Shown here: positions 41,711 to 50,779 of the stretch, in pieces
Position numbering within the stretch: position 1 is the first letter of the stretch
Layout: the number at the start of each line of letters is the position of its first letter
Assembly: GCA_020025775.1 (NCBI GenBank)
Contig: JAHHRN010000006.1
Coordinates: 55,475-119,474, forward strand
From: Acutalibacter sp.
GTDB taxonomy: Bacteria > Bacillota > Clostridia > Oscillospirales > Acutalibacteraceae
Length of the DNA stretch: 64,000 nucleotides
Reading direction: 5' to 3'
Position numbers and translations under genes: made by a program
Notes under the pieces: generated by a model
The model's database searches: none
The model's input: only the letters and a program-made list of their open reading frames with translations
What the model was told of the DNA's origin: nothing

Positions 41711-44143
41711 TTATTTCTCGAGATAGTGCATGCAAAGGGTTAATACGTGCTTTGCAACATACTGCATTTCACCGAGGGTGATGCCCTCCGGCTTGCCGTA
41801 GGTCTTTAAAAGTGTACCGTCAGGCTTATGCGGGCCAACACGCTTGCCGCCGGGCATTAACACGTCAACAGTGGCTCTAACACGGTAGCCGTTATCGCAA
41901 ATCTGCGGGAATTCCGGAGACTTCTTATAACGCATCCACCAGTCGGTCATAACCATGCCTTCAAAGCCCCATTCGTTTCTGAGGATTCGCTCGCAAAGCT
42001 CGTAGTTATAATGACCCCAAACGCTGTTGATGCGGTTGTAGGAGGTCATTAAGGTGTTCGGCTTCGCGGTCTTTACGCAGATTTCAAAGCCCTTTAAGTA
42101 GATTTCGCGAAGTGCTCGTTCGGAAACTCTGGCATCATTGTAAAGACGGTTGTATTCCTGGTTGTTACAAGCAAAGTGCTTCGGACAAGCGGACTGACCG
42201 GATTTCTGAACGCCCTTAACAGTTGCCGCAGCCATAAAGCCGGAAACGACCGGATCTTCGGAGAAGTATTCAAAGTTTCTGCCGCAAAGCGGATTTCTGT
42301 GAATGTTCATACCGGGAGCTAAGAGAATGTCACTGCCCTTTTCTTTCATTTCTGCACCCATAGCGGTGTAAACTTCTTCGACCAAAGCCTTATCAAAGGA
42401 GGTTGCAAAGAGAGAACCAATCGGGATGAGGGAGCAGTAAGAAAGCAAACGGATACCGGAAGGACCGTCTGTGGTGGTGACTGCCGGAACGCCCTTATTT
42501 CTAAGGCTTTCGAGCACACCGCCGAGTGCACCGGCATTACCCTTTGCACCGAGAGCGCTGTCCATAACGTAGTCGCCACGGGAAATAGCTTCCAATTCCT
42601 CTAAGGAAAGCTGGGCAACGAACTCGTCTAAGGTAACCTTGCCGTCTTTTACATCCTGTAACTTATAGCCCTTGTCGCCGGTCTGTGCAATATCTTCCGG
42701 CAGGTTTTCTAAGATGATTTTCTTTAAGTCATATTCACGAGCCTTGCAGGGTTCTTCACTCATTTCGCCGCCGGCATTCACAAGTCTCGGGAAGCTCTCA
42801 AGCGGAGCCGCCGCCTGCTTTAACTGCTCGCAGAGAACGGTTTCTTCCTGTGCGTAGCTGTATACCTTTTCGGCAGAACGAACATCAGTGCCGAGATAGA
42901 AAGCATATTCGCCTGCTTCCATGACATAAGCAAATTTATAGCCGGATTTACCGCAATCATCGTAAGAAGCTAAAAATTCGTTCGGTACGAATACGGTAAG
43001 TGTTTCGCTCTCGCCGGGCTGGAGCTCTTTGGTCTTTTCGAAGCCGACAAGCTCTCTTGCAGGGTTGCCCAAAGTGCCGCAGGGTTTCTGGAGATAAACC
43101 TCTGCTACTTCTTTACCGCTTCTGTCACCGATATTTTTCACGGTGCAAACGAAGTCGATACCGTTTTCCTTTTGCTCCGCCTTTACGAAATCCATTTGGA
43201 ATTTGGTATAGGAAAGACCGAAACCGAAGGGATAAAGTACGGCATCCTTCTTGAAGGTTTCAAAGTAACGATAGCCGACATAAATATCTTCGTGATATTC
43301 GTTGTAAGCCTTATTGCCGAAATAGTTGGCGGTCGGATAATCCTCGTAACGCTTTGCAACGGTGTCGGCAAGCTTACCGGAGGGATTTACCTTACCGCAA
43401 AGAAGGTCGGCAACTGCATTGCCGCTTTCCATGCCGCCCTGCCAAACGAGAAGCACAGCGCCGATTTTGTCGCCGTATTTCTGAACCCAAGAAAGGTCAA
43501 TCATACTGCCGATATTTAAAAGCACAGTAACGCTCTTAAAATGCTTGGTTAAAAGGTCTAAGCTGTTGGTTTCAGCATCGGTTAAATAGAAGCTGCCTTT
43601 TTGAAGGGCGTTTTCTCTGTCTTCACCCGAAGAACGGCCAATCGCATAAACGGCGGTTTGGCTCTTTTCGGCTGCCTTCTTGACGATTTCCTCGGTCAAG
43701 GGCATATCGGGGTAAAATCTGGGCCAGTGACCCCAGAAGCCGTGGTCAATCGGATTTTCTTCCATCCAATCAGCATAGGTCTTGGCAAGCTCTTCGTTTA
43801 CCGTTACAACGCCGCTGTTTCGAAGACCCTCTAAGGGAGAAACACCGTAAGGCTTTTTAACGTCGCCGCCGGAACCATAGCCGGTGAAGAACCAATCGGT
43901 CTGCAAGCGGGAGAAAAAGGAAACACACTCCCCCTCTTTATAGGGCAAAACACCTGTGTTCTTTAAAAGAACCGCACCCTCAGCAGCCGCACGACGTAAA
44001 AGTTCGGGCATGCCTTCTGTAATGGTCACTTCGCCGAGTGCCGCTTCGGCTTCCTTCTGAGAAACGCCGCTGACGAATTTCGTGCCCACGTTAATGAAGA
44101 AATTGACAACTTTGTTGACAGCTTTTCTTGTTGTTTTGTTCAT
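41711..44143 (-). CDS. Glycoside hydrolase family 3 enzyme with permuted domain order
   Basis: PFGFGLSYT (end of the alpha/beta sandwich) lies at ORF residue ~323. The TIM-barrel motifs PGMNIHRNPLCGRNFEYFSEDP, KHFACNNQE and GFEGMVMTDWW lie at ~630-755. Start at MNKTTRK (ATG 44143, AAGGAG RBS). Confidence 0.8.
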   Translation of the reverse strand: MNKTTRKAVNKVVNFFINVGTKFVSGVSQKEAEAALGEVTITEGMPELLRRAAAEGAVLLKNTGVLPYKEGECVSFFSRLQTDWFFTGYGSGGDVKKPYGVSPLEGLRNSGVVTVNEELAKTYADWMEENPIDHGFWGHWPRFYPDMPLTEEIVKKAAEKSQTAVYAIGRSSGEDRENALQKGSFYLTDAETNSLDLLTKHFKSVTVLLNIGSMIDLSWVQKYGDKIGAVLLVWQGGMESGNAVADLLCGKVNPSGKLADTVAKRYEDYPTANYFGNKAYNEYHEDIYVGYRYFETFKKDAVLYPFGFGLSYTKFQMDFVKAEQKENGIDFVCTVKNIGDRSGKEVAEVYLQKPCGTLGNPARELVGFEKTKELQPGESETLTVFVPNEFLASYDDCGKSGYKFAYVMEAGEYAFYLGTDVRSAEKVYSYAQEETVLCEQLKQAAAPLESFPRLVNAGGEMSEEPCKAREYDLKKIILENLPEDIAQTGDKGYKLQDVKDGKVTLDEFVAQLSLEELEAISRGDYVMDSALGAKGNAGALGGVLESLRNKGVPAVTTTDGPSGIRLLSYCSLIPIGSLFATSFDKALVEEVYTAMGAEMKEKGSDILLAPGMNIHRNPLCGRNFEYFSEDPVVSGFMAAATVKGVQKSGQSACPKHFACNNQEYNRLYNDARVSERALREIYLKGFEICVKTAKPNTLMTSYNRINSVWGHYNYELCERILRNEWGFEGMVMTDWWMRYKKSPEFPQICDNGYRVRATVDVLMPGGKRVGPHKPDGTLLKTYGKPEGITLGEMQYVAKHVLTLCMHYLEK

Positions 44144-44346
44144 AAAAAGCTCCTTTTTTGTTTTATTTAAAACTTTTCGCACTGTATTGTATTGTAACAC
44201 AGCAGCCCTATAAAGTAAAGAAAAATCGCAAAGCGCAAAGGGAATTTGGATATAAAAAAAACAAACAGCACTAAAAAATAAAGCACTGCTTGTTTTACTT
44301 TAAATATTCGCTTTTTACGTTGGTGCTAAAAGGTTTTTGTTACAAA

Positions 44347-44829
44347 TTAAAGAAGATTACCGTTTGTATTGCAAGTTAAAATAATGGTATCGCTCTCTGT
44401 CTGTGTGCAAATGCCAAGATGATAACGTTTCATGGTGTAGGCGCCTTTTGCTTGGTTGCCTCTGCGAGTCGGAGACATATTCGTTGCTTTCCATTTTCCG
44501 ATATAAACAGTATATTCCATGTGGCAAGCTGTGCAAGTTGCAGAAGTGCCTGTATAGGTAAAATCACCATATAATTTAATCTCCCATACAGCTCTGCCGT
44601 CTTTTTCACGAAGTGTTGCTGTTTTACAACCGCTTTTTGTTCCACCCTGTCGAGCCATAGTTTCTATTTCACTCAAAACAGTGGTTAAAGTACAACCATC
44701 TTCAAGGGTTTCTACCGTGGTTGAAATCACTTTTTCTTCGCCTGCTCTTGGAGCAGCTGCGAAGCTTGGAATTAAACAAATACTACTAACTAAAACAGCT
44801 GTTAAAAAAAAGCTGATGATTTTTTTCAT
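44347..44829 (-). CDS. Small secreted Cys-containing protein, unknown function
   Basis: Signal peptide MKKIISFFLTAVLVSSICLIPSFAAA. 160 aa. Last gene of the PadR operon. Confidence 0.55.
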   Translation of the reverse strand: MKKIISFFLTAVLVSSICLIPSFAAAPRAGEEKVISTTVETLEDGCTLTTVLSEIETMARQGGTKSGCKTATLREKDGRAVWEIKLYGDFTYTGTSATCTACHMEYTVYIGKWKATNMSPTRRGNQAKGAYTMKRYHLGICTQTESDTIILTCNTNGNLL

Positions 44830-44836
44830 TATTATA

Positions 44837-45250
44837 TTATCTCCCTATAGTTTCATTGCTATGTTGAAATTCTGTTTGTTGCGTTTCTTCTATGATATGC
44901 GTCAGTACATTCTGTTTTTCAGAATGTACGTCTTCTATAGCATACAGCAAACCTGCAAGCACCATGCAAAGAGCGACAATTAAAGCCGTTAAAATTGTTT
45001 TTGTACAACGAAGCCCTTTACTAATTTTTCGAATATCGGCAAATTCAAAGAAAGAACGTGCCACTTCTTCTGCTGTACCAAACTGTGCATAAATTGTTTC
45101 CATATCCGAAACTTTATTTTCTTCAATAAAGTTAAACAGTTCGTTGTCAAAATCTTTCATAAATGCTTTGGCAATCGAATTCTTGCAAAGCAAAAGATGT
45201 TTAATTTCTCGCCTGTATCGCTTAATTTCGCTGTTAAACTGTCTATCCAT
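44837..45250 (-). CDS. PadR-associated membrane protein (DUF1700/HAAS-like)
   Basis: 137 aa. N-terminal helical region, then one TM helix (ILTALIVALCMVLAGLLYAI). Immediately downstream of PadR, the usual layout for this family. Confidence 0.45.
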   Translation of the reverse strand: MDRQFNSEIKRYRREIKHLLLCKNSIAKAFMKDFDNELFNFIEENKVSDMETIYAQFGTAEEVARSFFEFADIRKISKGLRCTKTILTALIVALCMVLAGLLYAIEDVHSEKQNVLTHIIEETQQTEFQHSNETIGR

Positions 45251-45265
45251 CCTATACCCGCCCTA

Positions 45266-45604
45266 TTATTTATCCATAATTTTATTGATGCTGTCGATAA
45301 TTTCATTGTACTCTTTTAAGAGCGTTTTGAAATATTCTTTTCCTGCATCTTCCAAATGATAATATTTTCGTGTTCTTCTTTTTCCTGCAAGCTTTGTATA
45401 TTCGCTAATGTAGCCGGCATCAGACAAACGATAAAGGACCGGATAAAGCGAGCCTTCCAGCATGGTGTATACGCCATTACTTTTCTCTGCAAAGGATTTT
45501 ACAATTTGATAGCCGTATAAATCTTCTTTCCCCAACAAATACAAAACTAGAAGTTCTGCGGTTCCCCTTTTAAAGTTATCTTGATTTTGACTCATCTGCA
45601 CCAC
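45266..45604 (-). CDS. PadR-family transcriptional regulator
   Basis: GTAELLVLYLLGKEDLYGYQIVKSF...GSLYPVLYRLSDAGYI, a winged-HTH PadR signature. Confidence 0.85.
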   Translation of the reverse strand: MVQMSQNQDNFKRGTAELLVLYLLGKEDLYGYQIVKSFAEKSNGVYTMLEGSLYPVLYRLSDAGYISEYTKLAGKRRTRKYYHLEDAGKEYFKTLLKEYNEIIDSINKIMDK

Positions 45605-45715
45605 TTTTCCTTACATTAAGAAATCCATTTTATTTTTTTCGTACCAGTTATTATAACACAATTATTTTTTTATGCAATAGATTTGTTAGAATATGTCACA
45701 TATTATATTTTTGAA

Positions 45716-45759
45716 AAATAAAAAACCCGATGCACTTATTTTCAAGTGCATCGGGTTTT
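45716..45759. terminator. Bidirectional-type terminator after the 131-aa ORF
   Basis: AAAAAACCCGATGCACTT-ATTTTC-AAGTGCATCGGGTTTT. Confidence 0.8.
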
Positions 45760-45764
45760 AAGCT

Positions 45765-46160
45765 TTATACTCTGCCGAAGTTAACAGAAATATTCTGATC
45801 GTATACTGTTAAAATATTGCCGGAAACTTTAAAATTCTCTACTGTACCATCGGAATGTGTAATGGTATTGCCGGAGTATTTTGCGATTTCTTGGCCGCTA
45901 AAGAACTCTTTTAGATACTGTTCAAACTCTCTAGAAATAGCATCTATTTCCTGTTTTTCTTCTTCAGTTAACGTTCTGCCTTGCTGTTGTGCAGCATTTT
46001 CACGTGCCTGCAACAATAAGCTATAATAGCTCTTTCGCATTTCACTACCGTTGGTTAACTCAATCGTCGTTACAACTTCGCCATTCTCTTTAAAGGTACA
46101 GTACATGGTTGCTTGAATATTGCTAAGCTTTGCAACATCAATTTCGTCATCTGCAATCAA
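45765..46160 (-). CDS. Hypothetical protein, probably N-terminally truncated (lipoprotein-like remnant)
   Basis: The ORF opens only with TTG. The in-frame upstream sequence reads SLTTLQCGCALTYRAAD (lipobox-like) but is closed by TAA with no start or signal peptide. It has its own terminator. Confidence 0.35.
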   Translation of the reverse strand: MIADDEIDVAKLSNIQATMYCTFKENGEVVTTIELTNGSEMRKSYYSLLLQARENAAQQQGRTLTEEEKQEIDAISREFEQYLKEFFSGQEIAKYSGNTITHSDGTVENFKVSGNILTVYDQNISVNFGRV

Positions 46161-46546
46161 ATCGGCAGCACGATAAGTGAGTGCGCATCCGCATTGTAAA
46201 GTCGTTAAGCTTTACGTAAAAGGAGCGTTTTAAAGTGAAAAAACTTGCTTTAGAAATTCCAACTTTGAGACTTTTTAGAAAGCTCTACGGTTTGGGTTTT
46301 ACCGTTTACGGTGATTTTCACTTCTTTCTCTCTACCGTCATAAGAAGCGGCGTCCCTTCTTTCTATAGATATACTTTACTTTGTATTTTACCTTTTTACA
46401 AACTATCCCTCAAGCACAGTTTGCGCCAAAAATCCAATTTGAAATATGGGCATTTTCACTGAAAGTGTTCTTTTTTTCTCTTTTTCGACGTTTGTGGTTG
46501 AATAAGAATTTACTTTATATTATAATAGTGTTTGTTAATAGAAATT

Positions 46547-46562
46547 TGTCTATTTTTAGACA
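46547..46562. promoter_or_regulatory. Perfect 6-4-6 inverted repeat, candidate TetR operator
   Basis: TGTCTA-TTTT-TAGACA, 45 nt upstream of the TetR start. Overlaps a TTAGAC / 17-nt spacer / TATCAT promoter-like pair. Confidence 0.35.
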
Positions 46563-46606
46563 GGATTTCAAAATGTTGTATCATAATAGAAAAGGAGTTA
46601 ATTTTA

Positions 46607-47221
46607 ATGGCACAACCCGTTTTAGACAGCCGTGTACGCCGTACCAAACGCTTGCTTCGTGAGGGCTTAACAGACCTGCTTCACGAAAAGAGCATTAAGA
46701 AAATCACCGTACGTGAGCTTTCTGACCATGTAGAAATCAATCGTGGTACATTTTATTTGCACTACAAAGATATTTATGATTTAGTTGGGCAAATTGAGGA
46801 CGAACTTTTTGAGGAATTTGAGCAAATTCTTGCCCAGTACAGCTTCGATGACCTTAAACTCCGTCCGCACGATATTTTTTCGGATATTTGCCGCTTCCTT
46901 TACAACAACCGCGACATCTGCTCGGCCCTTTTAGGTGACAACGGCGACATCACCTTCTTATTTAAGATGCGGGCCTTCCTTCGCAACAAGTGCTTTACCG
47001 ACTACGCCAGTGTCTATGAAATTACCCGTTTAGAAAATTACGATTATGTTTACACCTTTTTTGAAGCGGGCGCAGTGAGCTTGATTCGTTATTGGCTCGA
47101 GCATCCCGAGGATAACAAGACCCCCGAAGAGATTGCTTATTTAATTGAAAACGTATTCAAAAGCGGCGCCAGTTTTCTTTTAAATGCCAACCAATCTTCG
47201 GAGGCGAAACAGAATGGCTGA
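46607..47221 (+). CDS. TetR/AcrR-family transcriptional regulator
   Basis: RRTKRLLREGLTDLLHEKSIKKITVRELSDHVEINRGTFYLHYKDIYDL (TetR HTH). AAAGGAG RBS before ATG 46607. Confidence 0.85.
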   Translation: MAQPVLDSRVRRTKRLLREGLTDLLHEKSIKKITVRELSDHVEINRGTFYLHYKDIYDLVGQIEDELFEEFEQILAQYSFDDLKLRPHDIFSDICRFLYNNRDICSALLGDNGDITFLFKMRAFLRNKCFTDYASVYEITRLENYDYVYTFFEAGAVSLIRYWLEHPEDNKTPEEIAYLIENVFKSGASFLLNANQSSEAKQNG

Positions 47222-48380
47222 TTTACTTGCAAAGCTGTTTATCAAGGATTATCAAAATGTAGAAGACCCCAAGGTTCGCTCTGCTTACGGCGAACTTTCC
47301 GGCGGTGTCGGCATTGTTTGCAACTTCATATTAGCGGTTGCCAAATTTATTGTCGGTATACTTTCCGGCAGTGTGACCATTTCCGCCGATGCAGCAAACA
47401 ACCTTTCCGATGCCGGTTCTTCCGTGATTACGCTGGTCGGCTTTCGCCTTTCCAAGCGTCCGGCGGATAAAGACCACCCCTACGGACACGGCAGGCTGGA
47501 ATATGTTACCGCGCTGATTGTGTCGTTTTTCATTCTTTTAATGGGCGTGGAGCTTCTGAAAAGCTCGATTGATAAAATCCGTAATCCCGAGCCGATTACC
47601 TTCAACGTTGCGGCGCTCGTTGTTTTGATTCTCTCTATCGCCGCCAAGCTTTGGCTCGCCTTTTTCAACAACAAAATCGGCAAAAGAATCAACTCCTCGG
47701 CAACGAAAGCCGCCGCAAGAGACAGCCTTTCCGATACAGCTGCAACAGCTGTTGCCCTGATTTCTTTAATTGTTGCCAAATTTACAAACGTCCCCGTGGA
47801 CGGTTGGTTCAGTATCGTGGTTTCGCTCTTTATTTTCTGGGCAGGCTTCGGTGTGTTAAAGGAAACTATCGGTTTGCTACTCGGCAAACCTCCGGAGCAG
47901 GAATTTTTAGACCAAATCGAGGCAGAAATACTCTCCTACGACGGTGTTTTGGGTGTGCACGATTTAATTGTACATGACTACGGCCCCGGCAGAAGCTTTG
48001 CTTCCGCACACGCCGAAATGTCCTCTGACAGCGACATTATGCAAAGTCATGACACCATTGATTTGATTGAACGGGATTTGCAGAAAAAATACGGTCTGCT
48101 TATTTCCATTCATTTAGACCCCGTTGTGGTCGATAATGCCAAAATCAATGCCTTAAAGAGCCTCTGTCAAGACGTTATCTTCGAAATTGACAACCGTTTA
48201 ACCTTGCACGATTTTCGTATGGTCGAAGGTCCAACCCACACGAATTTAATCTTTGATGTGGTCATCCCTGCCGGCTATCCTAAGTCTGACAAGGATTTAA
48301 CAAGAGAAATCAACGAAAAATTGAGCAAAATAGACGAAAGATATTTCGCTGTAATCACTATCGACCATGCATTTCACTGA
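47214..48380 (+). CDS. Cation diffusion facilitator (CDF) family metal efflux transporter
   Basis: SADAANNLSDAGSS, DKDHPYGHGRLEY, six TM helices plus a C-terminal cytoplasmic domain. ATG 47214 overlaps the TetR stop (ATGGCTGA). Confidence 0.85.
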   Translation: MADLLAKLFIKDYQNVEDPKVRSAYGELSGGVGIVCNFILAVAKFIVGILSGSVTISADAANNLSDAGSSVITLVGFRLSKRPADKDHPYGHGRLEYVTALIVSFFILLMGVELLKSSIDKIRNPEPITFNVAALVVLILSIAAKLWLAFFNNKIGKRINSSATKAAARDSLSDTAATAVALISLIVAKFTNVPVDGWFSIVVSLFIFWAGFGVLKETIGLLLGKPPEQEFLDQIEAEILSYDGVLGVHDLIVHDYGPGRSFASAHAEMSSDSDIMQSHDTIDLIERDLQKKYGLLISIHLDPVVVDNAKINALKSLCQDVIFEIDNRLTLHDFRMVEGPTHTNLIFDVVIPAGYPKSDKDLTREINEKLSKIDERYFAVITIDHAFH

Positions 48381-48507
48381 TTTTTCGCGTTTTATCTTTT
48401 TCTCTCGCTTTTCCCCTTGCAAATGCTGTAAAAAATAGTAAAATATTATCGAAGTATAAAATAAGGATATTTGTGAAAATATTCATTCATTGACGGAGGA
48501 AGAAGTT

Positions 48508-49686
48508 ATGCCCGATTTTACACAAGAATTCACCAGCATTCCCTACGGTCCTTTGGGAATCATTCCGCTTCCCGGCTGCGAAGAACTCGCAGAAAAGATT
48601 GACAAGTACATCGTTCGCTGGCGTGCACAGAAGCAGAGCGAGCACAAGAACAGCATCGCTTTTGCAGGTTATGAGCGTGAATCCTACATTATCGACACCA
48701 ATTTCCCGAGATTCGGCACAGGTGAAGGTAAGGGTACTATTAACCAGACCGTTCGCGGCTATGATATTTACATTGTTGCAGATATGTTCAACTACGGCAT
48801 CACCTACAACATCTACGGTAAAGAAGTTCCGATGAGCCCGGACGAGCATTACGCAAACTTAAAGCGTGCCATTTCCGCTGTAGGCGGCAAGGCAAGACGC
48901 ATCACCGTTATCATGCCCATGCTTTATGAAGGCAGACAGCATAAGCGTTCCAGCCGTGAATCTTTAGACTGCGCTATCGCACTTCAGGAGCTTTGCAACA
49001 TGATGGGCGTAGACAACATCATCACCTTTGATGCACATGACCCCAGAGTTCAGAACGCTATTCCGCTTAAAGGTTTTGAAAATGTTCAGCCCGCCTACCA
49101 GATGATCAAGGCTCTCGTAAATCACGTAGACAACCTTCACTTCGACAGTGACCATATGATGGTCATCTCCCCCGACGAAGGCGGTATGGGTCGCTGCATC
49201 TACTATGCAACCGTTTTAGGTGTTGAGCTTGGTATGTTCTACAAGCGCCGCGACTACACCAGAATCGTAAACGGCAGAAATCCGATTTTACAGCATGAAT
49301 TCTTAGGCTCTAACGTACAGGGCAAGGATGTTCTTATCGTAGACGATATGATTTCTTCCGGCGAATCCATGTTTGAAGTTGCTAAGAAGCTTAAAGAGCT
49401 CGGCGCTGCAAGAATCTTCATCTTCACCGCATTCGGTCTCTTCTGCAACGGTCTTGCCGATTTCGACAAGCACTATGCAAACGGCGTTTTCGACAAGGTA
49501 TTCACAACCAACCTTGTTTACAGAACTCCCGAACTTCTTTCTCGTGAATGGTACTGTGAAGTAGATATGTCCAAGTACATCTCCTACATCATCGACACCT
49601 TAAATCACGACATGTCCGTCAGCGGTCTCTTAAATCCCGCAGACAGAATCAATAATCTCCTTCGTAAAAAGGGCTATAAAGAATAA
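48508..49686 (+). CDS. Ribose-phosphate pyrophosphokinase family protein (long, about 390-aa form)
   Basis: TFDAHDPRVQNAIP (analogous to the DLHA..Q region) and VLIVDDMISSGESM (PRPP loop). GGAGG RBS before ATG 48508. Confidence 0.7.
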   Translation: MPDFTQEFTSIPYGPLGIIPLPGCEELAEKIDKYIVRWRAQKQSEHKNSIAFAGYERESYIIDTNFPRFGTGEGKGTINQTVRGYDIYIVADMFNYGITYNIYGKEVPMSPDEHYANLKRAISAVGGKARRITVIMPMLYEGRQHKRSSRESLDCAIALQELCNMMGVDNIITFDAHDPRVQNAIPLKGFENVQPAYQMIKALVNHVDNLHFDSDHMMVISPDEGGMGRCIYYATVLGVELGMFYKRRDYTRIVNGRNPILQHEFLGSNVQGKDVLIVDDMISSGESMFEVAKKLKELGAARIFIFTAFGLFCNGLADFDKHYANGVFDKVFTTNLVYRTPELLSREWYCEVDMSKYISYIIDTLNHDMSVSGLLNPADRINNLLRKKGYKE

Positions 49687-49705
49687 TCTTTAGAAAAACA
49701 TAAGA

Positions 49706-49740
49706 AAAGAGCGATACCGTTTCGGTACCGCTCTTTTTTA
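49706..49740. terminator. Intrinsic terminator
   Basis: AGAGCGATACCG-TTT-CGGTACCGCTCT followed by TTTTT. Confidence 0.75.
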
Positions 49741-49754
49741 TATAAAAATTTTCG

Positions 49755-50096
49755 TTAATCAAAAATCACCGATTTTTTCTTACCGTTTTTGCCTATCGGG
49801 TATTCCCGGATGCGCACTACAAATTCCAGATTGACAATCTCATTGGTTTTACCGCTTTCGATGCGCAGTGCATTTCCACTGACTTCTTGAATCACACCGG
49901 AAATCTGCGCATTGTTGGCTGTATACACAATACATTCTTTTCCAATAAAGCGTTTAGCAAGTTCGAACATTTCGGGCTTCCTTCCTTTCTTTTTCCTCTT
50001 TTGGGTGAGGAGCACGGTAAGCTGTGTGGCCCTTTTCTGTTCTAAAAAAATAATCATAAAAAGAACAAAAACAGCTGCAAAGGTTGATGTTGTCAA
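49755..50096 (-). CDS. Small membrane-anchored hypothetical protein
   Basis: One TM helix (STFAAVFVLFMIIFL), a K/R-rich linker, then a beta-rich ~65-aa domain. I prefer TTG 50096 (GGGAGG 6 nt upstream); the ORF-track start at 50198 would overlap queH. Confidence 0.45.
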   Translation of the reverse strand: MTTSTFAAVFVLFMIIFLEQKRATQLTVLLTQKRKKKGRKPEMFELAKRFIGKECIVYTANNAQISGVIQEVSGNALRIESGKTNEIVNLEFVVRIREYPIGKNGKKKSVIFD

Positions 50097-50164
50097 AAGC
50101 GCACCTCCCAAGCCGATGAATTTATGCACAGTATAGCATGAAAGCCTTTCCGTGTCTATAAAAA

Positions 50165-50779
50165 TCAGTCCTCGTACATAGAAAATTTGCAACCGCAATA
50201 ATCCTGCCGATATAAACCGTATTCATGGGACAGAGCAATGGATTTTTTGTAGCCCTCTTTCTTTTTAAAATCCGAATAAAGATAGGGCACACCGTATTTT
50301 TTGGATAATGCACCGCCGATTTCGTTCAGTGCCTGCGCATTTTTATAAGGGCTGACGGAAAGCGTTGTCGTGAAATAATCTGCGCCGATTTCCTTGGCTT
50401 TTTTCGCCGCGCCCTCTAAACGTACCCGATAGCAAACCATGCAGCGTTTGCCGCCCTCGGGTTCTTCTTCCAAGCCTTTGACTGCTTCAAAAAATTCCTC
50501 GGGATGATAGGGTGCGTCTAAAATGTGCACCTCATTTTCGAAGCCGTCCCCTTTCAAGAGCGGCCCGAACTGCGCCAGACGTTTTTCATATTCCTCCGGC
50601 GGGTAGGTGTTGGGATTATAGTTATATAAATATACGTCGAAAGAGCGGGTCACCACCTCTAAAACCGCACTGCTGCACGGTGCACAGCAACACTGCAAAA
50701 GCAATTTTGGCTTCGTGCCTGCCGGAATGCTTTTCACGATTTCTTCCATTTTCAGCTGATAATTGACCTTCTGCGCCAC
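50165..50779 (-). CDS. queH: Epoxyqueuosine reductase QueH (DUF208)
   Basis: LLLQCCCAPCSS..., CMVCYRVRLE, TTTLSVSPYKNA, YRQDYCGC, the conserved Cys pattern of DUF208. GTG start with a GGAGG RBS. Confidence 0.8.
   Translation of the reverse strand: MAQKVNYQLKMEEIVKSIPAGTKPKLLLQCCCAPCSSAVLEVVTRSFDVYLYNYNPNTYPPEEYEKRLAQFGPLLKGDGFENEVHILDAPYHPEEFFEAVKGLEEEPEGGKRCMVCYRVRLEGAAKKAKEIGADYFTTTLSVSPYKNAQALNEIGGALSKKYGVPYLYSDFKKKEGYKKSIALSHEYGLYRQDYCGCKFSMYED

Noticed and set aside
46235-46462. 75-aa plus-strand ORF with an AGGAG RBS and GTG start
   Set aside because: Its translation (MKKLALEIPTLRLFRKLYGLGFTVYGDFHFF...) has no signal-peptide logic or motif. It lies in a region of broken frames on both strands, so it is most likely fortuitous, though a small protein cannot be excluded.
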